Shown in pieces: positions 1 to 8,961 of a stretch of DNA of 32,000 bases (position 1 is its first letter; the number at the start of each line of letters is the position of its first letter). Position numbers and translations under genes: made by a program. Source of the DNA: Mycolicibacterium smegmatis (GTDB lineage: Bacteria > Actinomycetota > Actinomycetes > Mycobacteriales > Mycobacteriaceae); the NCBI RefSeq assembly GCF_001457595.1, contig NZ_LN831039.1:2580001-2612000 (forward strand), given 5' to 3'. The notes under the pieces are model-generated. The model was not told the DNA's origin, ran no database searches, and was given only the letters and a program-made list of their open reading frames with translations.

Positions 1-468
1 TCCCCGCACTTCGGTTCGCCGCCCGCGGCCGATCTGCTGCGCCAGCAGTTCGTGCTGGCACTCGACGGCGATCTGGACGTGATCGGCTCGCTGGAGCGAC
101 GTGAGCGCGAGGCCGCACAGTATCCGACCACGCGTGCGGGGGAGATCCTCGCCGCGGTGCCTGCCAACCACGTGCCCGCACCGCCGCGCCTGCTGTGGGC
201 CGACGGCAGCAATCCCGGTGAGCTGATCGTGCAGATCCGCACGATCGACCGCGCTGGTCTGCTCGCGCGGCTCACCGCGGTGTTCGAACGCGACGGCGTC
301 GACATCGCGTGGGCCAAGGTGACCACGCTGGGCTCGTCGGTGGTCGACGCGTTCGGGATCACCACCGCCGACGGCCGCACCGAGCAGGTGCGTCAGGAAC
401 TCGAGCGCGACCTGTACGCGGTGCTGCCCACCCCGCCGCCTGCCAAGCCCGCCGAACAGGCCAGCTGA
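1..468 (+). CDS. glnD: [Protein-PII] uridylyltransferase GlnD, C-terminal fragment (5' end outside window)
   Basis: Frame 1 is open from nt 1 to TGA at 466-468. ACT-domain-like tail IVQIRTIDRAGLLARLTAVFERDGVDIAWAKVTTLGSSVVDAFGI. Location upstream of ffh matches the mycobacterial glnD-ffh neighbourhood. Confidence 0.75.
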   Translation, partial: SPHFGSPPAADLLRQQFVLALDGDLDVIGSLERREREAAQYPTTRAGEILAAVPANHVPAPPRLLWADGSNPGELIVQIRTIDRAGLLARLTAVFERDGVDIAWAKVTTLGSSVVDAFGITTADGRTEQVRQELERDLYAVLPTPPPAKPAEQAS

Positions 469-1314
469 TCAGCCGAGGGCCTGGTCGCCGATCACGGTGA
501 GCAGGCGCAGATCGTCGGCCGCCGAGGATCCGGCGGGCGGCGTGAGCACGACGAGCTGCTGGCCGTCCGCGGCGGCCAGGACCTCACAGTCCAGCGTGAT
601 GGGTCCGACGTGCGTCGAAAAGGTCTTGCGCTGCAGGCGCCGCACGGCCACCTCGTGACGCGACCACAGTTCGGCGAACTCGGGGCTGCGCGCCAGCAGG
701 CCGTCGACGAGTTCGCGCATATCGGCTTCGGTGCGTCGCCGGGCCCACGCCGCGCGCAGGTCGGCCACCATGATGCGGCTGTGCTGGTCGTGCTCGACGT
801 CCGGGAACTGTTCGCGCACAACAGGATCGATGAACCACTGCCAGATCATGCTGGCCTCCACCGTGGTCTCGGCGGTGGTGAGGTCGCCCATCAGAAGTTT
901 GGCCATGGCGTTCTGCGCCAGCATGATCCCGGTGTCGGTGCACACGAACGCGGCGGCGTCGCGCATGCGGTCCAGGACGAACAGCAGCGCGGGACGCACA
1001 TGTGTCGAGAGCCCGCCCCGGTCCGGTACGGCGTGACCCGCCAGGCGGTAGAGGTGGTCCCGTTCGTCGTCGGTGAGGCGCAGGGCGCGAGCCAGCGCCC
1101 GCAGCATCTGCGGTGACGGCTGCGGGCCGCGGGCCTGTTCGAGCCGGCCGTAGTAGTCCACCGACATGCCCGTCAGCTGCGCGACCTCTTCTCGTCGCAG
1201 GCCCGCGGTGCGCCGCCGCGGGCCCTCGGGCAGTCCGACGTCCTGCGGCCTGATCGCCTCCCTGCGCCGGCGCAGGAACTCGGCCAGCGCGTCTCGGTCC
1301 ATCGGCTCGCCCAT
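469..1314 (-). CDS. XRE-family HTH transcriptional regulator with MmyB-like C-terminal domain
   Basis: ATG at 1314 (MGEPMDRDALAEFLRRRREA...) preceded by GGAGA. N-terminal HTH LRREEVAQLTGMSVDYYGRLEQAR and the LTDDERDHLYRLAG linker are typical of MmyB-like regulators. The 5' ORF extension to 1563 has no protein-like features. Confidence 0.8.
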   Translation of the reverse strand: MGEPMDRDALAEFLRRRREAIRPQDVGLPEGPRRRTAGLRREEVAQLTGMSVDYYGRLEQARGPQPSPQMLRALARALRLTDDERDHLYRLAGHAVPDRGGLSTHVRPALLFVLDRMRDAAAFVCTDTGIMLAQNAMAKLLMGDLTTAETTVEASMIWQWFIDPVVREQFPDVEHDQHSRIMVADLRAAWARRRTEADMRELVDGLLARSPEFAELWSRHEVAVRRLQRKTFSTHVGPITLDCEVLAAADGQQLVVLTPPAGSSAADDLRLLTVIGDQALG

Positions 1315-1414
1315 CGCTTCATTGTCTCCCCGGGGCGGGGGTCGAGACAGGGACCGCGGATCCCTGGTTACACACGTCGTTGTCACCGTCGGCGCCCGGA
1401 CGAACACTGGGCCC

Positions 1415-2419
1415 ATGCGAACCAAGACACTGGGAACCCTGACCACCTCGGCGGTCGGCCTCGGCTGCATGGCGATGTCGGGACCGTACGGCGAAGCCGA
1501 TCGCGCCGAGAGCATCGCCACCGTCCAGGCCGCGCTCGACGCGGGCATCACCTTGCTGGACACCGCCGACTTCTACGGCAGCGGGCACAACGAGATGCTG
1601 CTCGCCGAGGCGCTGCGCGGCAGGGCCCGCGACACCTACCTTCTGAGCGTGAAGTTCGGCGCCCAGATCGGCCCCGGCGTCACCTGGCTCGGCTTCGACG
1701 CGCGATCCGTGGCCGTCAAGAGCGCGGTGGCGTATTCACTGCAGCGTCTCGGGACCGACCACATCGACATCTGCCGCCCCGCGCGTCTGGACCCCGCGGT
1801 CCCCATCGAGGAAACCGTCGGCGCCATAGGCGAACTCGTCGACGCCGGCTACGTGCGGCACATCGGGCTGTCGGAGGTGGGCTCGGACACGATCCGGCGG
1901 GCGGCCTCGGTGCGTCCCATCGCCGACCTGCAGATCGAGTACTCGTTGATGTCACGCGGCATCGAGAACGACATCCTCGACACCTGCCGTGAGCTGGGTA
2001 TCGGCATCACCGCGTACGGCGTGCTCTCACGCGGTCTGCTCAGCGGCCACTGGACGCCGGGCGGCGGCCGAGAAGGCGACGCCCGCTCGGCGTATCCGCG
2101 GTTCTCGGGCGCCAATTTCGAGCGCAACCTGGCGCTGGTCGACGCGCTGCGCGGCGTGGCCGACGAGCTGGGCGTGTCAGCGGCGCAGGCCGCGATCGCC
2201 TGGGTGGCCACCCGCGGTGACGACGTCGTACCGCTGATCGGCGCACGCACCCGCACGCGCCTGTCCGAGGCCCTCGGCGCCGTCGATCTGACGCTCACCG
2301 GTGAACAGCTCGCGCGCATCGAATCGGCCGTGCCTGCCGACGAGGTGGCGGGGGACCGTTACACCGCCCAGCAGATGGCGGCCCTCGACTCCGAGCGCGT
2401 TCCCGCCGACCACCCCTGA
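1415..2419 (+). CDS. Aldo/keto reductase family oxidoreductase
   Basis: ATG at 1415 (MRTKTLGTLTTSAVGLGCMAMS...). AKR catalytic region LDTADFYGSGHNE and SVKFG lysine. The ORF-track start at 1166 is an Arg/Ser-rich artefactual extension. Confidence 0.9.
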   Translation: MRTKTLGTLTTSAVGLGCMAMSGPYGEADRAESIATVQAALDAGITLLDTADFYGSGHNEMLLAEALRGRARDTYLLSVKFGAQIGPGVTWLGFDARSVAVKSAVAYSLQRLGTDHIDICRPARLDPAVPIEETVGAIGELVDAGYVRHIGLSEVGSDTIRRAASVRPIADLQIEYSLMSRGIENDILDTCRELGIGITAYGVLSRGLLSGHWTPGGGREGDARSAYPRFSGANFERNLALVDALRGVADELGVSAAQAAIAWVATRGDDVVPLIGARTRTRLSEALGAVDLTLTGEQLARIESAVPADEVAGDRYTAQQMAALDSERVPADHP

Positions 2420-2472
2420 GCGCCCCGGGGCCGGGCCCGTGGCGTGCGGCGACGTCGCGATTGCGCGCCCGT

Positions 2473-2478
2473 TAGGCT
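2473..2478 (+). promoter_or_regulatory. Candidate -10 hexamer TAGGCT (TANNNT) placed for a leaderless ffh mRNA
   Basis: TAGGCT ends 6 nt before the GTG start at 2485. No Shine-Dalgarno purine run lies between them. Confidence 0.35.
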
Positions 2479-2484
2479 TGTCAC

Positions 2485-4053
2485 GTGTTTGAAAGCCTGT
2501 CTGACCGGTTGACCGGTGCCCTGCAGGGGCTACGTGGCAAGGGGCGGTTGACCGACGCCGACATCGATGCCACGACGCGCGAGATCAGGTTGGCCCTGCT
2601 GGAGGCAGACGTCTCGCTGCCGGTCGTGCGTGCGTTCGTCGCGCGCATCAAGGAGCGCGCGAAGGGTGCGGAGGTCTCCGCGGCGCTCAACCCCGCGCAG
2701 CAGGTGGTCAAGATCGTCAACGAGGAGCTCATCGGCATCCTCGGTGGCGAGACCCGCCAGCTGGCGTTCGCCAAGACGCCGCCGACGGTCATCATGCTGG
2801 CCGGTCTGCAGGGTGCCGGTAAGACCACCCTGGCGGGCAAGCTCGCCAAGTGGCTCAAGGACAAGGGTCACAGCCCGCTGCTCGTGGCGTGTGACCTGCA
2901 GCGCCCCGGCGCGGTCAACCAGCTGCAGATCGTCGGTGAACGTGCGGGCGTCGCGGTGTTCGCGCCGCACCCGGGTACCGCGCCCGGCGCCCACGAGACC
3001 GAGGGCGCAGGCCCCGGCGACCCGGTCGCGGTGGCCGCCGCGGGTCTGGCCGAGGCCAAGACCAAGCTGTATGACGTCGTGATCGTCGACACCGCGGGCC
3101 GCCTGGGCATCGACGACGTGCTGATGGCGCAGGCCGCGGGCATCCGCGACGCCGTGCAGCCCGACGAGACGCTGTTCGTGCTCGACGCGATGATCGGTCA
3201 GGACGCGGTCGCGACGGCCGAGGCGTTCCGCGAGGGCGTCGGCTTCACCGGCGTGGTGCTCACCAAGCTCGACGGCGACGCGCGCGGTGGTGCCGCGCTG
3301 TCGGTCCGCGAGGTCACGGGCGTGCCGATCCTGTTCGCGTCGGCCGGCGAGAAGCTCGAGGACTTCGACGTCTTCCATCCCGACCGCATGGCCAGCCGGA
3401 TCCTCGGCATGGGTGACGTGCTCACGCTCATCGAGCAGGCCGAGCAGGTCTTCGACGCCCAGAAGGCCGAGGAGGCCGCCGCCAAGATCGGCACCGGTGA
3501 GCTGACGCTGGAGGACTTCCTCGAGCAGATGCTCACGATCCGCAAGATGGGGCCGATCGGCAACCTCTTGGGCATGCTGCCCGGCGCGGGGCAGATGAAG
3601 GACGCGCTGGCCGCGGTCGACGACAAGCAACTCGACCGCGTGCAGGCCATCATCCGCGGTATGACGCCGCAGGAACGCGCCGATCCGAAGATCATCAACG
3701 CGTCGCGCCGCCTGCGCATCGCCAACGGCTCCGGTGTCACGGTGTCGGAGGTCAACCAGCTCGTCGACCGGTTCTTCGAGGCCCGCAAGATGATGTCCTC
3801 GATGGCCGGGCAGATGGGCATGGGGTTCGGGCGCAAGAGCGCGACCCGCAAGGCCGCCAAGAGCAAGGGCAAGAAGGGCAAGAACGCCAAGAAGGGGAAG
3901 GGACCGACCCAGCCGAAGGTGCGCAACCCGTTGGGCGCGGCGGGGCTGCCCGGTGGCTTCCCGGACCTGTCGAACATGCCCAAGGGCCTCGACGAACTGC
4001 CGCCCGGTCTGGCCGACTTCGACCTGTCGAAGCTGAAGTTCCCCAACAAGTAG
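2485..4053 (+). CDS. ffh: Signal recognition particle protein Ffh
   Basis: MFESLSDRLTGALQGLRGKGRLT N-terminus. GTPase motifs GLQGAGKTT, DTAGR, TKLDGDARGG. Met-rich M domain (MMSSMAGQMGMGFG) followed by a Lys-rich tail. Confidence 0.97.
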   Translation: MFESLSDRLTGALQGLRGKGRLTDADIDATTREIRLALLEADVSLPVVRAFVARIKERAKGAEVSAALNPAQQVVKIVNEELIGILGGETRQLAFAKTPPTVIMLAGLQGAGKTTLAGKLAKWLKDKGHSPLLVACDLQRPGAVNQLQIVGERAGVAVFAPHPGTAPGAHETEGAGPGDPVAVAAAGLAEAKTKLYDVVIVDTAGRLGIDDVLMAQAAGIRDAVQPDETLFVLDAMIGQDAVATAEAFREGVGFTGVVLTKLDGDARGGAALSVREVTGVPILFASAGEKLEDFDVFHPDRMASRILGMGDVLTLIEQAEQVFDAQKAEEAAAKIGTGELTLEDFLEQMLTIRKMGPIGNLLGMLPGAGQMKDALAAVDDKQLDRVQAIIRGMTPQERADPKIINASRRLRIANGSGVTVSEVNQLVDRFFEARKMMSSMAGQMGMGFGRKSATRKAAKSKGKKGKNAKKGKGPTQPKVRNPLGAAGLPGGFPDLSNMPKGLDELPPGLADFDLSKLKFPNK

Positions 4054-5129
4054 TGTCCGCGCTGCACGTCCGCGGCCGCGGTCTGCCCGACGGTGAACCC
4101 GTCGAGTGGTGGATCGCCGACGGCGTGCTGTCCGCGGAGCCGATCGCGGGCGCCGACACCGTGTTCGGCGCGGGCGGCGAACTCGGTTGGATCATCCCGG
4201 GTCTGGTCGACGCGCACTGTCACGTCGGCCTCGGTCCTGGCGGCGCGGTCGGCATCGACGAGGCCGTCGCGCAGGCCGAGACCGAACGCGATGCCGGTGC
4301 GCTGCTGCTGCGCGACGCCGGATCGCCTCTGGACACACGCAGTTTGGACGATCGCGAGGATCTGCCGCGCATCATCCGTGCGGGCAGGCACCTCGCACGG
4401 CCCAAGCGCTACCTGCCCGGCGTGCCGATCGACATCGAGGACGAATCGCAGTTGCCCGCCGTGGTGGCCGAGCAGGCGCGGTGGGGCGACGGCTGGGTCA
4501 AGCTGATAGGCGACTGGATCGACCGTGGTGCAGGCGATCTCGCGCCGCTGTGGTCCGACGACGTGCTCAGGGCCGCGATCGACGCCGCACACGCCGAGGG
4601 TGCGCGGGTCACCGCGCACGTGTTCGGCGAGGACGCCCTGCCCGGCCTGATCGGCGCGGGCATCGACTGCATCGAGCACGGCACGGGCCTGACCGACGAC
4701 ACCATCGCGTCGATGGTCGAACACGGCACGGCGCTGGTGCCGACCCTGATCAACGTCGAGACCTTCCCGGGCATCGCCGACGCGGCGGGCAAGTACCCGA
4801 CCTACGCCAGGCACATGCGGGATCTGTACGCCTCGTGCTACGAGCGTGTCGCGGCCGCGCACGATGCGGGTGTGCCGATCTTCGCGGGCACCGACGCGGG
4901 CGGCACCATCGGCCACGGCCGCATCTCCGACGAGGTCGAGGCGCTCAAACGTATCGGCATGACCCCCACTCACGCGCTCGGCGCGGCGTGCTGGGACGCG
5001 CGGGCCTGGCTCGGCCGTCCCGGACTCGAGCACGGCGCATCGGCCGATCTGCTGTGCTTCGACGAGGATCCGCGCGTGGCCGGTGCGGACCATCCGGATC
5101 TGGTGATCCTGCGCGGCCGCATTTTCTAG
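4053..5129 (+). CDS. Metal-dependent amidohydrolase family protein
   Basis: GTG at 4053 overlaps the ffh stop by 1 nt (TAGTG). HxH metal motif VDAHCHVGL and later CIEHGT, AGTDAG motifs. Same position as the amidohydrolase downstream of ffh in mycobacteria. Confidence 0.85.
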   Translation: MSALHVRGRGLPDGEPVEWWIADGVLSAEPIAGADTVFGAGGELGWIIPGLVDAHCHVGLGPGGAVGIDEAVAQAETERDAGALLLRDAGSPLDTRSLDDREDLPRIIRAGRHLARPKRYLPGVPIDIEDESQLPAVVAEQARWGDGWVKLIGDWIDRGAGDLAPLWSDDVLRAAIDAAHAEGARVTAHVFGEDALPGLIGAGIDCIEHGTGLTDDTIASMVEHGTALVPTLINVETFPGIADAAGKYPTYARHMRDLYASCYERVAAAHDAGVPIFAGTDAGGTIGHGRISDEVEALKRIGMTPTHALGAACWDARAWLGRPGLEHGASADLLCFDEDPRVAGADHPDLVILRGRIF

Positions 5130-5210
5130 TTTCGCCGAGATCGACGAAAATGCCGCTGCGAGAGCGTTTTCACGACAGTTGCGTGGCTCTCGGCGTGAAG
5201 CGGGCCAGGA

Positions 5211-6038
5211 CTACTGGCTGAAGCCGTAGTCGAACAGGCGGATGGCCTGGTCGTAGAGATCACCTGTGCCGTACATCTGCACCACCACCAACCGGCGGTT
5301 GCCGCGCTGCGCGGCCCCGACGTAGGTCTTGCGGGCCAGGTTCGTGTAACCGGTCTTGCCGCCGATGTCGCCCGGATAGCGCGTGAGCAACTCGTTCTGA
5401 TAGGTCAGGGTCTTGCCCGGGAACTGGGCCGTGGTCTGCCGCAGGATCTGCGCGATCACCGGATAGTTCAGCGCCGCACGGAAGATCACCGCGAGATCGT
5501 GCGGTGTGGTGAGCGACTCCCAGCCCGGGCCGTCGAGACCCGACGGCGATGCGGCCCTGGTGTTGCGTGCCCCGACCGCGGCGGCCTTGCGGTTCATCGC
5601 CGCGACCGCGACGCGCGGCCCGCCGAGCATGTCGGCGAGCATGTTGGCCGCGTCGTTGCCCGAGACCATCAGCAGCGCGTCCAGCAGTTGGCGCGTGGTG
5701 TAGGGCTGGCCGGGTTTGAGCCCCACACAAGAACATTCGACCTTGGTGTGGGACGCGTTGGCCCTGGCGAAGTTGTCGGGGCGCAGATGGTCGAGCACCA
5801 CCATGGCCAGCAGCGGCTTGATGGTGCTCGCGGGTGCGTAGGACCCGTAGGGGTCCTTCGACGCGAGCACCCGGCCGGTGTCCATGTCGGCGACCAGCCA
5901 CGCCTTCGCGGGTCCGTCGGTGACGGCCGCGGCGCCCGCCGGTGCGGCGGCCGGTTCCGCGTGCGCGACAGGGGTGAACGTCGCGGCGGCCAGTGCCGTG
6001 CTGAGGGCGAACGCGGCCGCCGCGAACAGTCTTCGCAC
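5211..6038 (-). CDS. Secreted D-alanyl-D-alanine carboxypeptidase (peptidase S11, DacB2-like), paralogue 1
   Basis: Signal peptide MRRLFAAAAFALSTALAAATFTPVAHA. Penicillin-binding motifs STIK, SGND, KTGYT. Confidence 0.9.
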   Translation of the reverse strand: MRRLFAAAAFALSTALAAATFTPVAHAEPAAAPAGAAAVTDGPAKAWLVADMDTGRVLASKDPYGSYAPASTIKPLLAMVVLDHLRPDNFARANASHTKVECSCVGLKPGQPYTTRQLLDALLMVSGNDAANMLADMLGGPRVAVAAMNRKAAAVGARNTRAASPSGLDGPGWESLTTPHDLAVIFRAALNYPVIAQILRQTTAQFPGKTLTYQNELLTRYPGDIGGKTGYTNLARKTYVGAAQRGNRRLVVVQMYGTGDLYDQAIRLFDYGFSQ

Positions 6039-6107
6039 GCGCGCCGACGTTACGGACGGTAGGGCTCGAGTTGTGCGCGATCAGGTTTCCGTACGGCTAC
6101 AACCGGA

Positions 6108-6998
6108 TCAGAGCGCCCCGATGCTCGCCGAACGGTCCTGCGCGAAGCCCCAGTCCAGCAGGCCCGCGGCCTGATCCCAGTACGTCGGCCCGCCCTCTTT
6201 CACCAGGCCGTACATCATCGCGATCACCAGGCGGCGCCCGTCGCGCTGCGCGGCCGCCACGAAGGTCTTGCGCGCGATGTCGGTGAAACCGGTCTTGCCG
6301 CCCAGCGTGCCGGGATAGCGGTGCAGCAACTCGTTCTGGTTGACCAGCACCCGGTCGCCGGTCTTTGCCGGGAACACCGTCGAGGGCATCGCGGTGATCT
6401 GGGCGAAGACCGGGTCGGCCATGGCGGCTCGGAAGATCACCGCGAGGTCGTGGGGTGTGGACCAGAACGGCATGCCGGGGGCGTCCAGTCCCGACGGGGT
6501 GACCACGTTGGTGTCGCGCGCACCCAGTTGCGCGGCCTTGGCGTTCATCTTCGCGACGGCGGCCTCGGGGCCGCCGAGCATGCGGGCCAGGGTGTTCGCC
6601 GCGTCGTTGCCCGACGCCAGCAGTGCGGCCTCGAGCAGTTGGCGTGCGGTGTAGGTACGGCCGGGGGCCACGCCCGCGCAGTTGCATTCGACGTCGGTGT
6701 CGGTCTCGTCGGCGACGATCGTGGAGTCCAGCGGCACCTCGTCGAGAACCACGAGCGCCAGCAGGGTCTTGATGGTGCTCGCGGGGGCGTGCCGGACGTA
6801 TTCGCCTCGGCCGGCGAGGATCTGGCCGGTGTCCATGTCGGCCACCACCCACGTCTCGGCGGGTCCCTCGGGCGGGGCCACCGATCCGACCTGCTGGATG
6901 TCGGCGTCCGCGCGGGCGACGGGCACTGCGAGGGATCCGGGGCCGGTGATCAGACCGGACACGACGAGCACGACCAGCCCGAAGGCGTACCTCCACAT
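6108..6998 (-). CDS. Secreted D-alanyl-D-alanine carboxypeptidase (peptidase S11, DacB2-like), paralogue 2
   Basis: N-terminal hydrophobic signal MWRYAFGLVVLVVSGLITG. Motifs STIK, SGND, KTGFT. Colinear similarity to the adjacent paralogue. Confidence 0.9.
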   Translation of the reverse strand: MWRYAFGLVVLVVSGLITGPGSLAVPVARADADIQQVGSVAPPEGPAETWVVADMDTGQILAGRGEYVRHAPASTIKTLLALVVLDEVPLDSTIVADETDTDVECNCAGVAPGRTYTARQLLEAALLASGNDAANTLARMLGGPEAAVAKMNAKAAQLGARDTNVVTPSGLDAPGMPFWSTPHDLAVIFRAAMADPVFAQITAMPSTVFPAKTGDRVLVNQNELLHRYPGTLGGKTGFTDIARKTFVAAAQRDGRRLVIAMMYGLVKEGGPTYWDQAAGLLDWGFAQDRSASIGAL

Positions 6999-7015
6999 GG
7001 CCGGCCAGCCTAGTC

Positions 7016-7465
7016 GTGTTGAATCGAGACATGTTGAGCCTGGCCGAGATCTCGGATCGCCTGGAGATCCAGCAACTCCTGGTGGACTATTCGACTGCCA
7101 TCGACCGCAGACAGTTCGACGACCTCGACGCGGTGTTCACCCCGGACGCCTACATCGACTATCGGGCCATGGGCGGTATCGACGGCCACTATCCCGAGGT
7201 CAAGGCGTGGCTGGCCGAGGTGCTGCCTGCGTTCCCGGCGTACGCGCACATGCTCGGCAACTTCGATGTGCGCATCACCTACGACCCGGACGGGCAGGAC
7301 ACCGCGAGTTCACGCACCATCTGCTTCAACCCGATGGTGCTCGACGGGCTCTCACCGCAGGTGCTGTTCTGCGGCCTGTGGTACGACGATCAGTTCGTGC
7401 GCACGCCCGAGGGCTGGCGGATGACGCGTCGCGTCGAGACCAAATGCTTCGACAAGGTGATCTGA
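7016..7465 (+). CDS. SnoaL-like / NTF2-fold protein
   Basis: LAEISDRLEIQQLLVDYSTAIDRRQFDDLDAVFTPDAYIDY is typical of SnoaL_4/NTF2-like proteins. The start is either GTG 7016 or ATG 7031. Confidence 0.8.
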   Translation: MLNRDMLSLAEISDRLEIQQLLVDYSTAIDRRQFDDLDAVFTPDAYIDYRAMGGIDGHYPEVKAWLAEVLPAFPAYAHMLGNFDVRITYDPDGQDTASSRTICFNPMVLDGLSPQVLFCGLWYDDQFVRTPEGWRMTRRVETKCFDKVI

Positions 7466-7515
7466 CCGGGTGATCTGGCGCACGTCCAGTGACGGCCTGA
7501 CCTGCGCCGCGGCGG

Positions 7516-7548
7516 GATTTGGGAGTGTGCTGTCCGCTCTGGCACAAT
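7516..7548 (+). promoter_or_regulatory. Candidate rpsP promoter: GATTT-N17-TCTGGCACAAT (extended -10 TGnCACAAT)
   Basis: A 33-nt architecture identical in spacing, with an identical 11-mer, to the element upstream of rplS at 10757-10789. Lies about 120 nt upstream of the rpsP ATG. Confidence 0.5.
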
Positions 7549-7669
7549 GGTCGGCTGTCCGGCGTGCGACTACGGCTGCGCGTCGGTCACACACGCGAGG
7601 CAAAACCGGATCGGGCAATTCCGCCCGCATCGCTGAATTGCAGCGTGACACCTAGGAGAAGACTTACAC

Positions 7670-8140
7670 ATGGCTGTCAAGATCAAGCTCACCCGGCTCG
7701 GCAAGATCCGCAACCCCCAGTACCGCATCATCGTCGCCGATGCGCGCACGCGCCGCGACGGCCGCGCCATCGAGGTCATCGGCCGGTACCACCCGAAGGA
7801 AGAGCCGAGCCTGATCCAGATCGACAGCGAGCGTGCGCAGTACTGGCTGGGTGTCGGCGCGCAGCCCACCGAGCCGGTTCTGGCCCTGCTGAAGATCACC
7901 GGTGACTGGCAGAAGTTCAAGGGCCTGCCGGGCGCCGAGGGCACGCTGAAGGTCAAGGAGCCCAAGCCGTCCAAGCTGGATCTGTTCAACGCAGCCCTGG
8001 CCGAGGCCGAGAGCGGCACCACCGCGGCCGCCACCACGCCCAAGAAGAAGAAGGCGCCGAAGAAGGATGAGGCTGCCGAGGCGCCGGCTGAGGCCGCCGA
8101 GGCTTCGGCTGAAGCCGCCGACGCCGCAAGCGAGAGCTGA
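7670..8140 (+). CDS. rpsP: 30S ribosomal protein S16 with Ala/Lys/Glu-rich C-terminal extension
   Basis: [51 protein letters not shown] upstream of the ATG. Confidence 0.97.
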   Translation: MAVKIKLTRLGKIRNPQYRIIVADARTRRDGRAIEVIGRYHPKEEPSLIQIDSERAQYWLGVGAQPTEPVLALLKITGDWQKFKGLPGAEGTLKVKEPKPSKLDLFNAALAEAESGTTAAATTPKKKKAPKKDEAAEAPAEAAEASAEAADAASES

Positions 8141-8148
8141 GCACCGCA

Positions 8149-8391
8149 GTGAGTTCAGTCGTGGTCGACGCCGTCGAGCACCTGGTCCGCGGGATCGTCG
8201 ACAACCCTGACGATGTGCGTGTCGACATGGTCACCAACCGCCGGGGACGGACCGTCGAGGTGCATGTGCACCCCGACGACCTCGGCAAGGTGATCGGCCG
8301 TGGCGGCCGTACCGCCACGGCGCTGCGCACCCTGGTCGCCGGGATCGGCGGCCGGGGCATCCGCGTCGACGTCGTCGACACCGACCAGTAA
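8149..8391 (+). CDS. KH-domain RNA-binding protein (YlqC-like)
   Basis: 80 aa with KH GXXG motif [15 protein letters not shown]. Conserved position between rpsP and rimM. Confidence 0.9.
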   Translation: MSSVVVDAVEHLVRGIVDNPDDVRVDMVTNRRGRTVEVHVHPDDLGKVIGRGGRTATALRTLVAGIGGRGIRVDVVDTDQ

Positions 8392-8425
8392 CCGCTTTCA
8401 CCGAAGCGGCTGCTCGGGAATCGAC

Positions 8426-8947
8426 ATGGACCTGGTTGTCGGGCGGGTCGTCAAGGCACACGGGATCTCCGGCGAGGTCGTCGTCGAGATCCGCACCGAC
8501 GATCCGGAAGCACGGTTCGCACCCGGCGCGGTGCTGCGCGGCAGGCCCAGATCCGGGGCCGAACGCGAATACACGATCGAATCGGTCCGCGCGCACGGCG
8601 GTCGCCTGCTGGTACGTCTCGCAGGCATCGCCGACCGCAACGGCGCCGATGAACTGCGCGGCACGGTGTTCCTGGTGGACACCGCCGAACTTCCCTCGAT
8701 CGACGACCCCGACGAGTTCTACGACCACGAACTCGAGGGCATGCGCGTCGTGACGGTCGACGACGCGCCTGTCGGCAAGGTCGCCGAGGTGTTGCACACC
8801 GCGGGCGGGGAGATCCTCGCGGTGAAGGCCGACGAGGGCGGTCGAGAGATCCTCGTGCCGTTCGTCGGCGCCATCGTGACATCGGTATCGCGCGAGAACG
8901 CGACCATCGTCATCGACCCGCCCGAGGGTCTGCTGGATCTGGCCTGA
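8426..8947 (+). CDS. rimM: Ribosome maturation factor RimM
   Basis: ATG at 8426: [31 protein letters not shown], followed by a PRC-barrel-like C-terminus. The ORF-track start at 8300 overlaps the KH gene and is an artefact. Confidence 0.95.
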   Translation: MDLVVGRVVKAHGISGEVVVEIRTDDPEARFAPGAVLRGRPRSGAEREYTIESVRAHGGRLLVRLAGIADRNGADELRGTVFLVDTAELPSIDDPDEFYDHELEGMRVVTVDDAPVGKVAEVLHTAGGEILAVKADEGGREILVPFVGAIVTSVSRENATIVIDPPEGLLDLA

Positions 8948-8961
8948 GAGGGGGCGGCGCC

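Noticed and set aside
1166-1414. Long N-terminal extensions suggested by the ORF track (1166 for the AKR, 8300 for rimM, 10291 for rplS, 12865 for DUF2469, 19165 for the aminotransferase, 24041 for LLM, 25381 for the binding protein, 27545 for permease 2, 14252/15843/16172/1563/10653 on the minus strand)
   Set aside because: The extensions overlap upstream genes or promoters and are Arg/Pro/Ser-rich. Each is superseded by an internal start with a proper RBS and a conserved N-terminus.
3198-5093. 631-aa minus-strand ORF opposite ffh and the amidohydrolase, plus other long antisense or out-of-frame ORFs (2530-3630, 25870-27315, 29317-31155, 6097-7032, 4106-5221)
   Set aside because: Arg/Ala/Pro-rich translations without domains. 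They exist because high third-position GC suppresses stop codons in alternative frames. Each overlaps a confidently identified gene.
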